64,000 nt of DNA from IMG/VR virus record IMGVR_UViG_2061766007_000116; one strand, given 5' to 3'. Below, piece after piece: positions 40,459 through 48,919 of the stretch; within the stretch, counting starts at the first letter, position 1; each line of letters opens with the position of its first letter. The notes below the pieces were generated by a model that ran no database searches, had not been told where the DNA came from, and saw only the letters and a list, made by a program, of their open reading frames with translations. The translations under genes and the position numbers were made by a program. Source of the DNA: an uncultured virus (IMG/VR IMGVR_UViG_2061766007_000116). Taxonomy: Duplodnaviria; Heunggongvirae; Uroviricota; Caudoviricetes.

Positions 40459-40510
40459 AACGACCAGCAGAGCCTTCCGGCTCCGTGGTGGCTGGGCTTT
40501 CCAGCGGTAT

Positions 40511-40987
40511 TCAGTTCAGAGTGAATCGGATGCCCATGATCTCGGTGGGCTCTTCCTCGCCCCAGCGGGTCTCCTGCCGGGTGATGGTGCAAAGGCCAGC
40601 CATCGTGCAGCCCTGCGCGGCAAAGGCGTGGAGGTTTTCCATCACTGCCGTGCTCTGGTTGGTGTACACGAAGGTTGTGATCCCGGCACTGCGGAGGGTG
40701 CCCACAAAGTCCGCAACTTCCTTATCCCAAAGGAAGTCGTCCATCTCCAGCTCGTCCTCCTTCCGGCTGATGCTGGATGCCCAAGCGCGGTAGGCTTTGC
40801 AGGCTCCCTGCTCAAAGGGAAACTTGGCAGCGGCGTCTTCCTCGTACCACGCCTTGAGCTCCGGGCTGTCCCAGCCGAGGGTGTCGATGATCTGCTGTTT
40901 GCGCTGCTGGCGCTCCGCACGGGCCGCTTCATACTCGTGCCCGATGCGCTTCAGGGTCTCGAAGTAGGTGTTGTTCTTGCTCAGCAT
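40511..40987 (-). CDS. Conserved phage hypothetical protein
   Basis: AGGAGG RBS, LRSAGITTFVYTNQSTAVMENL. Confidence 0.75.
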   Translation of the reverse strand: MLSKNNTYFETLKRIGHEYEAARAERQQRKQQIIDTLGWDSPELKAWYEEDAAAKFPFEQGACKAYRAWASSISRKEDELEMDDFLWDKEVADFVGTLRSAGITTFVYTNQSTAVMENLHAFAAQGCTMAGLCTITRQETRWGEEEPTEIMGIRFTLN

Positions 40988-41000
40988 GATTCCAGCCTCC

Positions 41001-41282
41001 TTACTGCTGCATCGCCCAAGCGATGGCGTGTCCGTCATCCTCGAACTCGACCGCGCTGACCGCTCTCAGGCCGACCGTGCCCTCGCAGGTGTGGTCGTCA
41101 TCGAGGAACTCGTAGGTGGCTGCGAAGTAGCTGGGCTGGTTTTTGCCGTTGTAGTAGTACCCTGCGAGGAGGATTTTGTCTCCGAAGGTCAGGATTTTTC
41201 CATCCATCCCGGAGAAACGCATCTCCAGATCTTCCGGGGTGCTGGGGTTGGGCAGTCTGTAGGTCTTGGCTCTGTTCATCAT
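41001..41282 (-). CDS. Hypothetical protein
   Basis: AACGGAGG RBS after a repeat promoter. Confidence 0.7.
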   Translation of the reverse strand: MMNRAKTYRLPNPSTPEDLEMRFSGMDGKILTFGDKILLAGYYYNGKNQPSYFAATYEFLDDDHTCEGTVGLRAVSAVEFEDDGHAIAWAMQQ

Positions 41283-41316
41283 GGTGGTTTACCTCCGTTT
41301 GTTGTTTTCCCTTTCG

Positions 41317-41408
41317 GTAGTGTATTAATCACTCTAAACCGGAGATAATGCAAGATAATTCGGAGCCATATACTACACAAATATACGGCCCCGGAATTGT
41401 GTGTTTTA
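41317..41408 (-). promoter_or_regulatory. Repeated promoter/palindrome unit
   Basis: Same core, TACACAA-N16-TTGTGTG. Confidence 0.85.
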
Positions 41409-41615
41409 GACGCCTCTGCCGCTGTGGCGGTGGATCGTCTCAAGGATGGAATCCTGCTCCTCAACGCTGATGCCCATGCCGTCCAGTGCCTCCCGGATGC
41501 CGCAGTCCGGGCAGATCAGCGTGGAGTTGTCCACGCGGGAGAGTGCCGGATATCCGTGATAGGCTTTGCCGCATTTGGGGCAGACCGCAATATGCTCGAT
41601 GTTGCTTTCTTTCAT
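41406..41615 (-). CDS. Small zinc-finger protein
   Basis: CPKCG...PALSR...CPDCG. Confidence 0.75.
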   Translation of the reverse strand: MKESNIEHIAVCPKCGKAYHGYPALSRVDNSTLICPDCGIREALDGMGISVEEQDSILETIHRHSGRGV

Positions 41616-42076
41616 TTTGCCGCCTCCATGCTGTAGTTCAGTGCTTCGGTCAGGAAACTGGTATCGAAACCGAAGTCATGATATCCTTCCGCGCAGGTTT
41701 CAACGTAGGCGCGGGTAGGAATTCCAATGGGTCGGTCCTCATGCATGATGTACACAAATACCTTGCGCTTGCGGACCTTCCCGGTCTTGATCCCGGTGAA
41801 AGCGACTGTCATTTCCTTTTTGTAGTAGAAGTGTGGGTATCCCTCGTAGTGGTCAAGAGCCAGCTCATCACGCGGGGAAACTTCCCACACCGCCACAGGG
41901 ACACGCCACTCGGCAAAAGGCTCGATTGTGAGGTAGGACCCGGTCTTGGACCCTTTGAACAGGAGCCGCCATCCGGCCAGCTCGGCTGTGCCGATGATCC
42001 GGGCGGACGGGCAGCGCCAGCGCATCTGCTGGACATTCAGGTTGCTGCCGTAGGCAATGTAATAGCGTTTTTGCAT
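41612..42076 (-). CDS. Gamma-glutamylcyclotransferase family protein
   Basis: YIAYGSNL...LDHYEGYP. Confidence 0.9.
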   Translation of the reverse strand: MQKRYYIAYGSNLNVQQMRWRCPSARIIGTAELAGWRLLFKGSKTGSYLTIEPFAEWRVPVAVWEVSPRDELALDHYEGYPHFYYKKEMTVAFTGIKTGKVRKRKVFVYIMHEDRPIGIPTRAYVETCAEGYHDFGFDTSFLTEALNYSMEAAK

Positions 42077-42157
42077 ATGAAAAAACTCCTTTCCGATTTT
42101 GCCTTCTACCACCGAAAACCCGCATCAGCGGGTCCGGGGGCCTCTTGGCTGCGACCT

Positions 42158-43094
42158 TCAAGCGGCTGCTCTGCCGTTGCGGAAGGCTGCATCCCCGTCA
42201 AGGCGTCGGGTAAGGAGCTCTCTTGCTGTTTTGAATTCGTCGCCAATGAAGCCGAGGCGGAGGAGCCAAGTCCTCATGGCGTATTTGGGATTCTCGTTCT
42301 GCTGGGGTTTGGGGCTGGCGGTCTTGACCGTCTTGGCCATCTGGCTCAGTGCGAGGCAAAGCTGGATGTAGCTCTTGAGCTGTCCGGCGTGGAGGCCGTT
42401 CTGCTTGCCATCGGAAGGCTCGTCGAACTGGAAAAGCCTGAACTCGATGGTGCCTTTGGTGAAGGTGGCATGGAGGTTGAGCATGTGGTAGCGGCTGTGG
42501 TTGTAGTGCCAGCTCCTGTCGTAATCCTCGCCTTGGCTCTCGTACCAAATGTCGGCAAGCTGGCTCATCGTCCGGGGCTTGCGGCGGTTGAGGACCCGGA
42601 GGAACCGCGGGTCAACCGTCTGGCAGTAGCTGTCGATGCGGCGGCGGCTGATCGCCAGCGCGTCNNNNNNNNNNNNNCATGATGTTGGCGAGGTTGCGAA
42701 GGGTCTGCGCCGTGTGGCCGCTGGCCCCGATGTGGATGTGGACCCCGCAGCCCCGGCTGGCGTCGCTCTTGGCCCCAGCCTTGCGGAGCCTGCGGATCAG
42801 GCCCTGCAGGAGTTCCATGTCCTCGTAGCGGAGGATCGGGGTGACCAGCTCACATTTCTCATCGTCGGGGCCGAGGATGCTGCTGTCGCGCTGGAATTTC
42901 CACTCACGGTCCTGCGCGTCCCATGCGCTCCAGCTATGGTAGCCGTTGCGGCGGGNNNNNNNNNNNNNNNNNNNNNNNNNNNNNNNGGCGGTGAGCTTTG
43001 CGGCTCTCTGGCGGGTGATGCTGTTCATCTCAACCTCAACCCCGATGGTCTGCTCCTTCATTCCGGCGATCTGGCTCATTGTTTTGTCGTTCAT
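42158..43094 (-). CDS. Putative amidoligase (COOH-NH2 ligase type 2); frame broken by N gaps
   Basis: IGVEVE, DSSI, ELVTP, CGVHIH, RYHMLN, TIEFRLF. Confidence 0.88.
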
Positions 43095-43127
43095 TTTCGT
43101 AGCCTCCGTTTGTCGTTTTCCCTTTCG

Positions 43128-43222
43128 GTAGTGTATTAATCACTCTAAAACGGAGATATAGCAAGTTAATTCTGAGCCATAAAGTACACAAGAATGAGGG
43201 CTGGAAACTGTGTATTTTACGG
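43128..43222 (-). promoter_or_regulatory. Repeated promoter/palindrome unit
   Basis: Same core, CATAAAGTACACAA-N16-CTGTGTATTTTACG. Confidence 0.85.
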
Positions 43223-43227
43223 GCTAT

Positions 43228-43452
43228 TTACCCATCGATCCTTCGGCAGCGGTCAGCGCCCCACGCAACCGAAAGGCCGCAGCCGTTATCCCAATGGACC
43301 ATGATGCTGCCGATATCATCCACACCGATTACTGTGCCACGGGTCCCGATGGGCGGGGCCTGCGGGTCGTCCATTTCAATCAGCTCCACGCGGGAGCCTT
43401 TGGGATAGGCATCCCGCAGGCGCTGGAGCTGTTCAGGCCGGATCATTCGCAT
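43228..43452 (-). CDS. DUF4314 family protein
   Basis: YPKGSRVELIEMDD...GTVIGVDDIGSIMVHWDNG. Confidence 0.85.
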   Translation of the reverse strand: MRMIRPEQLQRLRDAYPKGSRVELIEMDDPQAPPIGTRGTVIGVDDIGSIMVHWDNGCGLSVAWGADRCRRIDG

Positions 43453-44247
43453 TCCTGCACCTCCCCGCCATCGGCTGCAAGCTCANNNNNNNNNNNNNNN
43501 NNNNCAGCTTCCCGCTTGGCCTTCTGTGCCGCGCTGAACTTCCGGGCGTCATCCGCATTCCTGAAGGCAGAGCTGCCGGAGAGCTTCTGGAGCAGGAGCT
43601 TCCGCTGGGCCTTGCTCTCGGCCCCGATGAAGCCCAGCCGGAGGAGGAAGCAGCGGAATGCGTACTTCTCGCTTTCGGCATCCGGCTCCTTGGCGGTGAC
43701 CCGTTTGGCTTCCTTTGCCATCGCGCACAGGGCAGCAATGAAGGCCACATAAGCCTGTGCCTCTTCGGGCTCCGGCATGCGGTCCCACCAAGGGAAGCTG
43801 ACCCGGTCATCGGCGGGNNNNNNNNNNNNNNNNNNGCGCTTTCTGGATCAGGGAGCCTTTGGCCTCCAGCAGCTTCCGCAGGTTGTCCAGCGCCAGTTCG
43901 GTGAAGCCGTCCATCGGCAGGCTGACCGTCAGGCCATCCGTGGCCGGAGCCTCGATGGGCTCCTCGGCGGGGGTGTCGGTCTCGTCGGTGTCCTCGCAGG
44001 CGAGGTTGCTGACCTGTGAAACGAAACCCTGCTGGGCGAGCACCTCGATGAGCCCTTCGGCCTGATCGCGCTCGGCAAAGGAAACCACGCCGTTGCGGTC
44101 GATGTGAAAGCCGCCCACTTCGTAGGCAAAGCCCGGTGCGCCGCAGTATTTTGCGGGGGTCATGGTGTAGCTGCTGATTGCCCCGACAAGGCGCTTGCGC
44201 TCGTCCCCGGTCACGTTGAAGTCGCAGTAGAAAGTGTTGTTTGTCAT
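43443..44247 (-). CDS. Phage 'virulence-related' protein (frame broken by N gaps)
   Basis: RKRLVGAIS...YCGAPGFAYEVG, EKYAFRCFLLRLGFIG. Confidence 0.8.
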
Positions 44248-44269
44248 GGTGAAAACCTCCTTGTTTTTG

Positions 44270-44360
44270 GTAGTGTATTAATCACTCTAAAGGCCAGAAA
44301 TAGCAAGGTTTTTCACCACCATATACTGCACAAAGATGTGGGCTGGAAACCTGTTCATAT
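44270..44360 (-). promoter_or_regulatory. Repeated promoter unit (allelic copy at 44423-44491)
   Basis: Same core, one palindrome half degenerate. Confidence 0.8.
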
Positions 44361-44498
44361 CCGACAATCAGAACTGCGGAATGACGCTGGGGTCCAGCTC
44401 ATCAAAGCTGTANNNNNNNNNNAGCCAGAAATAGCAAGGGTTTTCACCGTCATAAACTGCACAATTATGTGGGCTGGAAACCTGTTCATATCCGACAA

Positions 44499-45743
44499 TC
44501 AGAACTGCGGGATCACAGCCGGGTCCAGCTCCTCGAAACGGTAAGTCAGGCCATCGCGCTGGCAGGTAACGTGCTCGTCAGATCCAACCTGCTCAATGTA
44601 ACGCTTGACGATCACATCGCAGAACTTGGGGTCCAGCTCGATGGTGTAGCAGGAGCGGTCAGTTTGCTCACAGGCGATCAGGGTGCTGCCGCTGCCACCG
44701 AAGGGATCGACGATGAGCGTGTTGCTCATGGAGCTGTTCATTATCGGATAGGCCAGAAGCTGGATCGGCTTCATCGTGGGATGGTCAGCATTCTTCTTGG
44801 GCTTATCATATTCCCAAATCGTGGTCTCCTTGCGGCCAGCGTACCACTGGTGCTTGCCACCTTTTTTCCAACCGAAGAGCACAGGCTCATGCTGCCACTG
44901 ATATGGGGACCTGCCGAGGACCAGTGACTGTTTCTTCCAGATGCAGCAGCCGGACAAATAAAAACCCGCATCGGCAAAAGCCCTGCGGAAGTTAAGTCCT
45001 TCTGTATCTGCATGGAAAACATAGATGGATGCGTCATCGGCCATGATCGCGGCGGTGTTTTTGAAGGCCGCGAGGAGGAATTCATAGAACGCCTCATTCG
45101 CCATGTTGTCATTTTTGATCTTTCCAGCGCTGCCCTCATAGTTTACATTGTAGGGCGGGTCTGTGACGACAAGGTTGGCCTTTGTCCCGGCCATCAGGAG
45201 GCTGAAGGTCTCAGCCTTTGTGCTGTCGCCGCAGACAAGGCGGTGACGGCCCAGCGTCCACACATCGCCCAGCTTGGTGATCGGCGGCTCTTTCAGCTCG
45301 GCGTCCACGTCGAAGTTGTCGTCCTTGACTCCGTCTTTGAGTGTGTCTTTGAAGAGGTCGTCGATCTCGGTGGCATCGAAGCCCGTCAGGGAGACATCAA
45401 AAGCCGTGCCCTGCAGATCCGCAATGAGCACGGCCAGCTTGTCTTTGTCCCAATCGCCGGAGATTTTGTTCAGGGCGATGTTCAGCGCCTTTTCCTTATC
45501 CTCCGGCAGCTCCACGACCACGCACTCGACCTCGGTGATCCCCATGTCAATCAGGACCTTTAGTCGCTGGTGACCGCCGACGACGCGCCCGGTGGTCTTG
45601 TTCCAGATCACGGGTTCAACATAGCCAAATTGCTCCAGAGAGCGTTTCAGCTTTTCATACTCCGGGTCGCCGGGTTTGAGGTCCTTGCGGGGGTTGTAAT
45701 CGGCAGGGATCAGGTCGGCAGTGTTCTTTTTCTCAATGACCAT
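44499..45743 (-). CDS. ParB-domain-fused N6A/N4C DNA methyltransferase
   Basis: PADYNPR/VGGHQR ParB-like domain, TDPPYNV, HPTMKP, DPFGGSGS. Confidence 0.92.
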   Translation of the reverse strand: MVIEKKNTADLIPADYNPRKDLKPGDPEYEKLKRSLEQFGYVEPVIWNKTTGRVVGGHQRLKVLIDMGITEVECVVVELPEDKEKALNIALNKISGDWDKDKLAVLIADLQGTAFDVSLTGFDATEIDDLFKDTLKDGVKDDNFDVDAELKEPPITKLGDVWTLGRHRLVCGDSTKAETFSLLMAGTKANLVVTDPPYNVNYEGSAGKIKNDNMANEAFYEFLLAAFKNTAAIMADDASIYVFHADTEGLNFRRAFADAGFYLSGCCIWKKQSLVLGRSPYQWQHEPVLFGWKKGGKHQWYAGRKETTIWEYDKPKKNADHPTMKPIQLLAYPIMNSSMSNTLIVDPFGGSGSTLIACEQTDRSCYTIELDPKFCDVIVKRYIEQVGSDEHVTCQRDGLTYRFEELDPAVIPQF

Positions 45744-46528
45744 CACACCAGCCCCCATTCCGCAAACCTCTCGAAGCCGCCGATGTCCTTGATGAAGTTC
45801 CGGCTGATTTCGACAATATCCGCATAAGGGACGCCGCCAACGGAATCGTCACCGATGGCGCAGCAAAGCTCCACCGTTTTTCCCGTGCGCTGGGCCTCCA
45901 GCCAAGCATAGATGTTTACGCTGATGTCGGCCTTGGAGAGATCCTTCCCGTGAAGACCGCCACCCGTCACGCTGTCGGCCATGTCGGAGCCGAGCTTGCG
46001 GTTGGTAGCGCCGGAGTCCACATCCGTGCCGCCTGTCCAGTCACCGAGCGGGTTGATGATGGCATGTGGATAATCGATGCGGATTTCATCAGCCTTGGCG
46101 TTGCTCTGGCAGATGATCAGCTTTGTGCCGTCAAGAATGTACTTACCGTCGCAGCCGTATTCCTCATACAGATCACGAGCAATCTCCGATAACGCGAACT
46201 GCTCGTCAGTCACGGGGACGCCTTTGAAGATGCCGTTGTCACCGCATCGGACGGAATGGGCCTGATTCGCCGCGAGATGTGCATCCTGCGGGACTTCGAC
46301 ATAATTCGACAAAACACGCTCTCCCGCGATCCGCTGTACCGTTTTTTCGACAAAATTCGACGGGATGTGCACGGACGTTTCAGCGATGATGTTGCAGACG
46401 CCATGCCCGATGAGCACCTCCACCGCGATGCGGGGATTCTCTTCCTGCGTGTACGCATAGTCGACGAGAGCGCCTGCAATGCGGTCTGCCACCTTGTCCG
46501 GGTGGCCCGGATTCACTTTTTCGTACAT
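45743..46528 (-). CDS. metK: Compact phage S-adenosylmethionine synthetase
   Basis: EKVNPGHPDK, GDNG, DGK, GATNRKL, GGGLHGKDLSKAD. Confidence 0.88.
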   Translation of the reverse strand: MYEKVNPGHPDKVADRIAGALVDYAYTQEENPRIAVEVLIGHGVCNIIAETSVHIPSNFVEKTVQRIAGERVLSNYVEVPQDAHLAANQAHSVRCGDNGIFKGVPVTDEQFALSEIARDLYEEYGCDGKYILDGTKLIICQSNAKADEIRIDYPHAIINPLGDWTGGTDVDSGATNRKLGSDMADSVTGGGLHGKDLSKADISVNIYAWLEAQRTGKTVELCCAIGDDSVGGVPYADIVEISRNFIKDIGGFERFAEWGLV

Positions 46529-46542
46529 AGTCTCCTCCAGAT

Positions 46543-47082
46543 TTATTGTTTTCCCTTCCGGGCAGAAAGCAGGCGCTCCATCAGGTCGTCCTGTGGGCTG
46601 GCCCCATACGAGATGCTGCAGTTATCCCGGACGATCTGATAAATCTGATACCAGCACTGATTTACCTGCTTCATATAGTCGCGGCTCATGGAAACGTAAG
46701 GCGAGGCGATGGCATTGCCCGTTGTTGGGTGCCGCGCCAGATAGCCCGTTTCCGAAATGAAGAGTTCGACGCTGATCCATCTGGCCACGCTCATGGCATA
46801 CTGCTGGATGAGCTGGGGATTGACGAGATGGGCGCAGCCACAGCTCTTAAGCCAGTTCCAAGTGTCCACATAGACTTCCTCCGCACAGAAGTCTTCGCCG
46901 CCTTTTTGCGCGGCTTTCATAAAATCCTTGACCGGGGGCATGTCGCTGCCCTCCAGCTCTGCGGACACCTGCAGCACCGCCGCGCCGTCAGCCGTGCCGT
47001 TGGCAATTTTGTCCGTCAGGGCTTTGCGTTTCGGACCGCTGCCGGGGCGTGCTCCGCCGCGCATGGTGCCGTCTTTGGCCAT
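46543..47082 (-). CDS. terS: Terminase small subunit (P27 family)
   Basis: RGGARPGSGPK, HPTTGNAIASPYV, DDLMERLL. Confidence 0.88.
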   Translation of the reverse strand: MAKDGTMRGGARPGSGPKRKALTDKIANGTADGAAVLQVSAELEGSDMPPVKDFMKAAQKGGEDFCAEEVYVDTWNWLKSCGCAHLVNPQLIQQYAMSVARWISVELFISETGYLARHPTTGNAIASPYVSMSRDYMKQVNQCWYQIYQIVRDNCSISYGASPQDDLMERLLSARKGKQ

Positions 47083-47094
47083 TGCTTCACCTCC

Positions 47095-47192
47095 GAGGGG
47101 TTAATACCCCGTTTGAATACGGTTTTTTGCGTAAAAGACCCCGCGCCGTTGCCCGGAAACCGGGGCCGTAGAGATTATGACCGCCCTACCCG
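47095..47192. other. Probable cos/packaging-site region
   Basis: Non-coding stretch between HNH and terS with the dyad GGGGTTAATACCCC. Position is typical of cos phages, but the exact cut site cannot be determined. Confidence 0.4.
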
Positions 47193-47221
47193 TTGCACTT
47201 CTGGGACCCCCGTGGTATAAT
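47193..47221 (+). promoter_or_regulatory. Sigma-A promoter with extended -10
   Basis: TTGCAC-N17-TATAAT with TG upstream of the -10. Confidence 0.8.
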
Positions 47222-47226
47222 CGGAT

Positions 47227-47325
47227 CACCATAAAGAGTGCGCGAGAGACAAGCTCGATGACCGCACGACAACCTACCGCATGGCGGCAAGGTGCCAAGG
47301 CTTGAACGATGGGTCGATACCGATG
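47227..47325 (+). ncRNA. SAM-I clan riboswitch aptamer lacking P4 (SAM-I or SAM-I/IV type)
   Basis: P1 CCAU/AUGG, AAGAG junction, P2 GUGCG/CGCAC, GAGAGACAAGCUCGAUGA kink-turn arm, P3 CAACC/AAGGUGC, pseudoknot CAAGC/GCUUG. Confidence 0.82.
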
Positions 47326-47329
47326 CTTG

Positions 47330-47360
47330 AAGACCCGTCAGACGATGGGTCTTTTCTTTA
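47330..47360 (+). terminator. Riboswitch expression-platform terminator
   Basis: AAGACCCGTC-AGAC-GATGGGTCTT 10-bp stem followed by TTCTTT. Confidence 0.85.
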
Positions 47361-47387
47361 TGGAATAAGGCTTGGAGGTTTTATCCT

Positions 47388-47726
47388 ATGGAAGAAAAGA
47401 CCCTGCGTATCGGCGGCGGGAAAACAGAAGCGTTCCTCGTGTGCGATAAGTCTCTGGAAAAATGTGATGCCCCGTTCTTCAAATGGCTGCGTAATGAGGG
47501 CTTCACCTTTGGCGGCTATCATGGAAACTACGGTTGCTGGTGGGCGCACATTAATATCACGCGCAAGCAGTATGCATATGGAATGCCGGGAGTCGGCCTT
47601 GCCCAGCCGATTGGAAACCACGCCATAACCATCGATGAATTTCAAACCATATACGCCATCTACAAAAAGTACGATGGGAAAGGGCTGTTCGTTTTCAACA
47701 ATGAACGTTTCGACTACGATGCCTAA
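47388..47726 (+). CDS. Hypothetical protein downstream of the SAM riboswitch
   Basis: GGAGG RBS, 112 aa, aromatic/Gly-rich, no family recognised. Confidence 0.75.
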   Translation: MEEKTLRIGGGKTEAFLVCDKSLEKCDAPFFKWLRNEGFTFGGYHGNYGCWWAHINITRKQYAYGMPGVGLAQPIGNHAITIDEFQTIYAIYKKYDGKGLFVFNNERFDYDA

Positions 47727-48079
47727 TGCGTGTGGCGGTCTCCCATCTCCAGATGGATCTTGTTGTGGCAGGAACGGCAGAGGGACATGAGGTTTGCCCG
47801 GTCGTGCGTCCCACCACGAGACACGGGGATGATGTGGTGGACCTCTTCCATCAGGGTCACACGTCCTTCCTCCAGACACTTCTCGCAGAGCGGGTGCTCC
47901 GCAGCATAACGGTCGCGGATGCGTTTCCATGCACGGCCATACTTCTTGTTGACTTCCGGGCTGCGTTCGTACCTGTCGTACTGCTGCCGTGCAGCTTTCT
48001 CATGCTCCGGGCAGTACTGTTTATCTGTCAGATTTGGGCATCCGGGGTACGCGCACGGGTGCTTCGGTTTTCTTGGCAT
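47723..48079 (-). CDS. Terminase-associated HNH endonuclease
   Basis: CEKC...EVHHI...GGTH...NLMSLCRSCH. Confidence 0.92.
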   Translation of the reverse strand: MPRKPKHPCAYPGCPNLTDKQYCPEHEKAARQQYDRYERSPEVNKKYGRAWKRIRDRYAAEHPLCEKCLEEGRVTLMEEVHHIIPVSRGGTHDRANLMSLCRSCHNKIHLEMGDRHTH

Positions 48080-48167
48080 TGGGATAGTCCTTCCTGATCT
48101 TCTCAAGGAGCCAGAAACGGAGGATGTACCAGCACTGCTCAAGGTAAGTGACTTTGCGGTAGCTCAT
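48021..48167 (-). CDS. Small hypothetical protein (48 aa, not in the ORF track)
   Basis: GGAGGTG RBS then MSYRKVTYLEQCWYILRFWLL... Confidence 0.5.
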   Translation of the reverse strand: MSYRKVTYLEQCWYILRFWLLEKIRKDYPNAKKTEAPVRVPRMPKSDR

Positions 48168-48272
48168 TTGGCCACCTCCGATCCGGGTATGAAAAAGTTG
48201 ATCTTTTTCAAATTGAATTATTTTTGCCGCTGCCTTATGATGTTTTCAGAGACCAACGAGGAGGACAGTGAC

Positions 48273-48710
48273 ATGAAAGACACATTCAGCATTGACGATA
48301 TGGCTCTGATTACCGGGCTCTCGACCCGTACCATTCGCAGCTATATTGCGGACGGTTTTCTGGAAGGCGACAAAAGCAGCGGGGCATGGCAGTTCACATC
48401 TGAACAAGTGGACGCCTTTATGCAAAACAAAGCTGTCCAGCCGACCCTGCGCTCCAAGAAGAACACTATTGTTTATGATTTTTTAGGAGCGCCGCACAAA
48501 GAACAGGATATGATGTGTGTGGTGCTGGACCTGCCGTCTGATCAGGCGAGCCGCGCATCCACGCTCCTCTGCAAGTACATGTGCGAGATTGAAGCGAAGG
48601 CAGAGCTGCGCTTTGCCTCAGACCGTCTTGGCAAGACGGTCCGGGTCATACTGAGCGGGAGCGATTCGGATGTTATGGACCTGCTGGCCCGTTACTACAA
48701 AGAAAGATAA
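48273..48710 (+). CDS. HTH (MerR/excisionase-like) DNA-binding protein
   Basis: FSIDDMALITGLSTRTIRSYIADGFL, GAGGAGG RBS. Confidence 0.75.
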   Translation: MKDTFSIDDMALITGLSTRTIRSYIADGFLEGDKSSGAWQFTSEQVDAFMQNKAVQPTLRSKKNTIVYDFLGAPHKEQDMMCVVLDLPSDQASRASTLLCKYMCEIEAKAELRFASDRLGKTVRVILSGSDSDVMDLLARYYKER

Positions 48711-48724
48711 AACCGTCAGAAGCA

Positions 48725-48772
48725 GAACGGCCCTCACAGGATTTCCCCGTGAAGGCCGTTCGATATTTTTTT
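48725..48772 (+). terminator. Intrinsic terminator
   Basis: GAACGGCCCTCAC...GTGAAGGCCGTTC followed by a T tract. Confidence 0.65.
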
Positions 48773-48857
48773 CGCAGTTTAATACTATCAGATTGCAACA
48801 GGCACAAATAGTGTCTTTTAGTGGCTTCTTTCAGATTTCCCGGAAAGACATGCCTCC

Positions 48858-48886
48858 TTGACAACATGGCCCTTTTCAACTATAGT
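48858..48886 (+). promoter_or_regulatory. Sigma-A promoter
   Basis: TTGACA-N17-TATAGT. Confidence 0.7.
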
Positions 48887-48919
48887 GCCAATGAACATGC
48901 GGCAAAGGAGGATTGCAAA

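Noticed and set aside
36777..44360. Repeats as a CRISPR array or as ssDNA (Frpo-type) promoters
   Set aside because: The repeats are separated by whole genes and no cas genes are present. The hairpin arms do not pair with the -35/-10 boxes as ssDNA promoters require.
44297..44540. A seventh promoter unit and a duplicated MTase 3' end
   Set aside because: Allelic overlap across an N gap, counted as one locus.
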